From NCBI GenBank assembly GCA_040954595.2, contig CM082584.2, positions 11,746,552 through 11,810,551 of the forward strand: a DNA stretch of 64,000 nt. The letters run 5' to 3'. This document shows positions 61,001 to 64,000 of this stretch, in pieces (position 1 is the first letter of the stretch; each line of letters begins with the position of its first letter). The notes under the pieces were generated by a model. The model worked only from the letters and a program-made list of their open reading frames with translations, was not told the origin of the DNA and did not search any database. Position numbers and translations under genes: made by a program. The DNA comes from Balanoglossus misakiensis. Taxonomy: Eukaryota; Animalia; Hemichordata.

Positions 61001-64000
61001 TGTTTTCCAAATGTGGAGGAGGATGCGACAGATTGAAAGGGAGGGGGAGAGGGGTGAGGGAGGGAGATAGCAAGGGGTGAGGGAGGCAGTGCGAGTGTTT
61101 CAGAATGCTTAAGTACTACTCGTTGGACCAAAAGAGAAGGTTACGGTTCAACCTTTTGTTAAACCGTTGTAACGGTGCTAAAACTCACGTAAGCATCCCT
61201 TTCGGGAAGGGACTAATTACCTGGTGAAGTTGTTAATCAGTCTTGTGGTGAGAAAATTATCTGCCATTGTCTCTGGCATTTAATTTATTGGTTTTCGTTG
61301 GGAAATGTGTCTGCCTAAATTACATTTTCAACGACACGAGGAATTACGTTACCTTGGAGACCATTGAAAAAAATAATCAACAAATCTAGCCACGGAAAAA
61401 AAACCACGGCGGTTTATTACACTCTGTGCGAAGGTTGAATGCGTTAAAGACTTTGACGCTAACGCGGCATGACAACACAAATGAAGTCTCGTCGTCTCGT
61501 CCGTTTGAAGAAACAACAACCCTGTCTTACAGAAATCTACATATTTAAGCGCTTTGCTTAGACTGATTGACAAGTCGGCCAGAATGCGACGCGTGACGTC
61601 ATAAGTAGGCCCAATTTGCTTTTCAACCGGTCTGCCAGGAAGGCTCGAGAGCGGGGAAGTAAAATAGATGTGTATTTAGGTCGTATTGTCAAAGTATCTT
61701 AATCGTGTTGTACGGTTGAAGGAACCCCTTTTAAGCCCATGCAACACACTCAAATCAAACTATATACAGTTATAACAATGTGAACAATGTCCCCATCCCC
61801 GGTATTACTGGCTACAGTACTTTTTTTCCCTATTGTACCGAAAGGAAAGCAGGGCCCGTCGCAGTGGTGTGACTGGTCACCGCATTGTCTACATTCACCA
61901 AATTAGCCTATTAGAGTTATTCCATTATGCGCTGGTCCTTCGTCTCATATTTAACTTTTCCGAGCAATATGCTGACCAAACCCCGATTAGTCGCTTAACG
62001 AGACTTCGCCCGGATGGTCGTGTCTCTGCTGGGGGTACTAGTGGACATGGATGGTCGAGGATGGACAGGAGGGGTGGGGGGAGGCCGAAATGTTAATGGC
62101 CATCACCCCCCTCCCCCGCTTCCAGCGGCTGTTTACAGACCAGCAGTCACGGAAACCGGTGGCGTTGCTTGGGTAACTTAGGTCAGACTCCCGCGGATTT
62201 CTCCGCTGATGCGCATTCTCCTCAATAAATTGTTAACAGCTACATCGATTGTCTTGCGTTTCTGCTCACCTCCCGAATAACACTTTAATCCTCAGAGGGT
62301 CCCCCTTTTCCCGCAAACAGGGTCGCAGAAATTGGGGAGCGGAGGTGTCTGAAAGCGAGCAGTTGACAGATATGACCGGACCTTTCGGGTGACAGAAATA
62401 AATTGTGATGTTTCCGAAAGAGAGGTGTTTTCTGAATAAATGCACAAGGCGTCGGGGTCAGAGGTCAGATATAATACTATCATGCTTCGTGTAGCGTGCA
62501 CAATGGCGGGGGAAAGTCTGTCGAGTCGCGGCCAAAAACGTTTTAGAAAAGAGCACAAAAACGGCAATGTGAGAGAAAACAGTGACGCTTAGAGATGCTC
62601 CTTGAATGTGTTCAATAAAGTCGAAGGGAGGCATTGAGAAAAGAAGAATTTGCTCACTGTAGCATGTGTAACGTTATTGTGTGGGTACGTCTTTATCTTC
62701 CCACAAACCAACAACACAGCCCAGCCTCAGAATGAAGTGTCTAGCAGTATGACCTGGTAATTCACAATTACCTTTTTAATGATAAAAAAAGATTTTCTGT
62801 CGCCCGAGAATAGCCTCTTTTTGTCCGCTTTTTACCAACTGCAGCTTTTTTGTGTGCGCTGAAGGGTGTGTGTATACTTTTTTCTTTTGGTGGAGAGTTG
62901 TGATCTAAAAACGGCTTGTTTCTCACAGAAGTTAAATGCGTTTAAGTGAGCTCGCTGATTAGCGAGAAAAGTCGCCCGTGTGTGATCTTTTCTCCCGACA
63001 GGCCTTCAGTCCAGGCGTTTAATCGGAAAACAGACTATAGTCCGCGGGAGAAAACCTCAGCGCCTATAATGTAGAACACAGGGAGTATGTCTTGGACATC
63101 CCATGTGCATATATCGTGGGACTTGGGGGTAGTAGGTGGGTTGGTGCCCCGCCAGTCTCGGTCTAGGCTTCCAACCTGTAGGTTGGCAATGAACCGATGG
63201 GGACACAGCCCACGTGCTTTCAATGATAGCAAGTAATACCCTAAAAATATAATATTTTTTTGCGAAATCTTTTAACTTGGTAGATTACAAAAGAGCGGGT
63301 GTATCATTGTGCATTGGCGGAATACTGTTTCAGTGCATCCGGGAACTTCGAGATGAATTCCCAAGTCAAGCAAAATTCAAATAAGACATCTGTAGCAAGA
63401 ACGTAAATGCAAAAACCGACAGCCGGCCACAGTAGCAACGACAAATCAGGCCCTTTACATCTGTGTCACTGCTGGTCTGGACACGCACGGGCTAATCGAT
63501 TGACTGGTCACACAGGCGGTCGCCCTCTTTCGACCGGGGATTAATCTGTAATTGGCCGAAGCAAGAAGCAGCACTTTCCCGAAGAAAAGAAAAAAAAGAA
63601 GTCTGGAAATTGTCGAACATATTCTGATGATCACATATTTATTTGTTTCAGCTTTAACGCCCCTTACTGTTCGATACCACGACCGACGCTAATTCAATGC
63701 GTAATCCGCGATGATACTGCAGACCGAGCTGCCTGAACGCCGTGTGTCGTCTATCGGATCCATTGGCCGTGCTCACAGCGGGGAACACATCTCAAAATTG
63801 TTTCTCCTTTTGTGCCCAATTTCGCGTGCCCGTTTTGTGGACATTTACCCCCGGCGCAAATAATGGGGGGATAAGCGTCTGGAGGCGAGGCCAGGCAGAA
63901 AGGGGGGGGGGGGACACGGGGGTTCTCATGTGATGCGTCTGCGTGGTTGTGGCCTGTCAGTTATGCCTTGTCAGCGGGCAGCTTGGAGTTACAGGCAGGC

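Noticed and set aside
61035-61090. G-rich purine tract, potential G-quadruplex
   Set aside because: Common low-complexity sequence with no supporting context.
1-64000. CRISPR arrays, tRNA/rRNA genes, prokaryotic defence or operon systems
   Set aside because: The sequence is intron-containing animal DNA. No repeat-spacer array or structured RNA gene was recognised.

Overview
Eukaryotic (metazoan) genomic DNA with GT-AG introns, probably a marine invertebrate deuterostome (inferred from gene similarity and repeat style, not proven). Three genes were reconstructed by hand with consistent splice phases. (1) The terminal coding exon of a NIM1K AMPK-related kinase (+, 2464-3210, ends in CaaX motif CSIL). 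(2) A complete 5-exon RWDD3/RSUME gene (+, 6860-19945, 277 aa). (3) A complete midnolin gene with 7 coding exons (-, 42309-28381, 477 aa: Ubl, Catch1, Catch2, His-rich linker, C-terminal helix), convergent with RWDD3. From about 42.4 kb to 64 kb I found no recognisable protein gene; the region is CpG-rich and motif-dense. The most notable signal is a ~520-bp cluster in the large midnolin intron with perfect SRF, MEF2, EGR, CRE and two AP-1 sites. EGR1 and Fos-family proteins are midnolin substrates in mammals, which suggests a conserved feedback circuit. Other signals: 8 perfect CREs confined to the midnolin 5' half and upstream region, a CpG-density transition near 36 kb, convergent CTCF-like sites around RWDD3, a 56-bp TIR element with a perfect 9-bp TSD, and a decayed unidentified ORF next to a ~150-bp tandem array. 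All motif counts were made by eye and may be incomplete.
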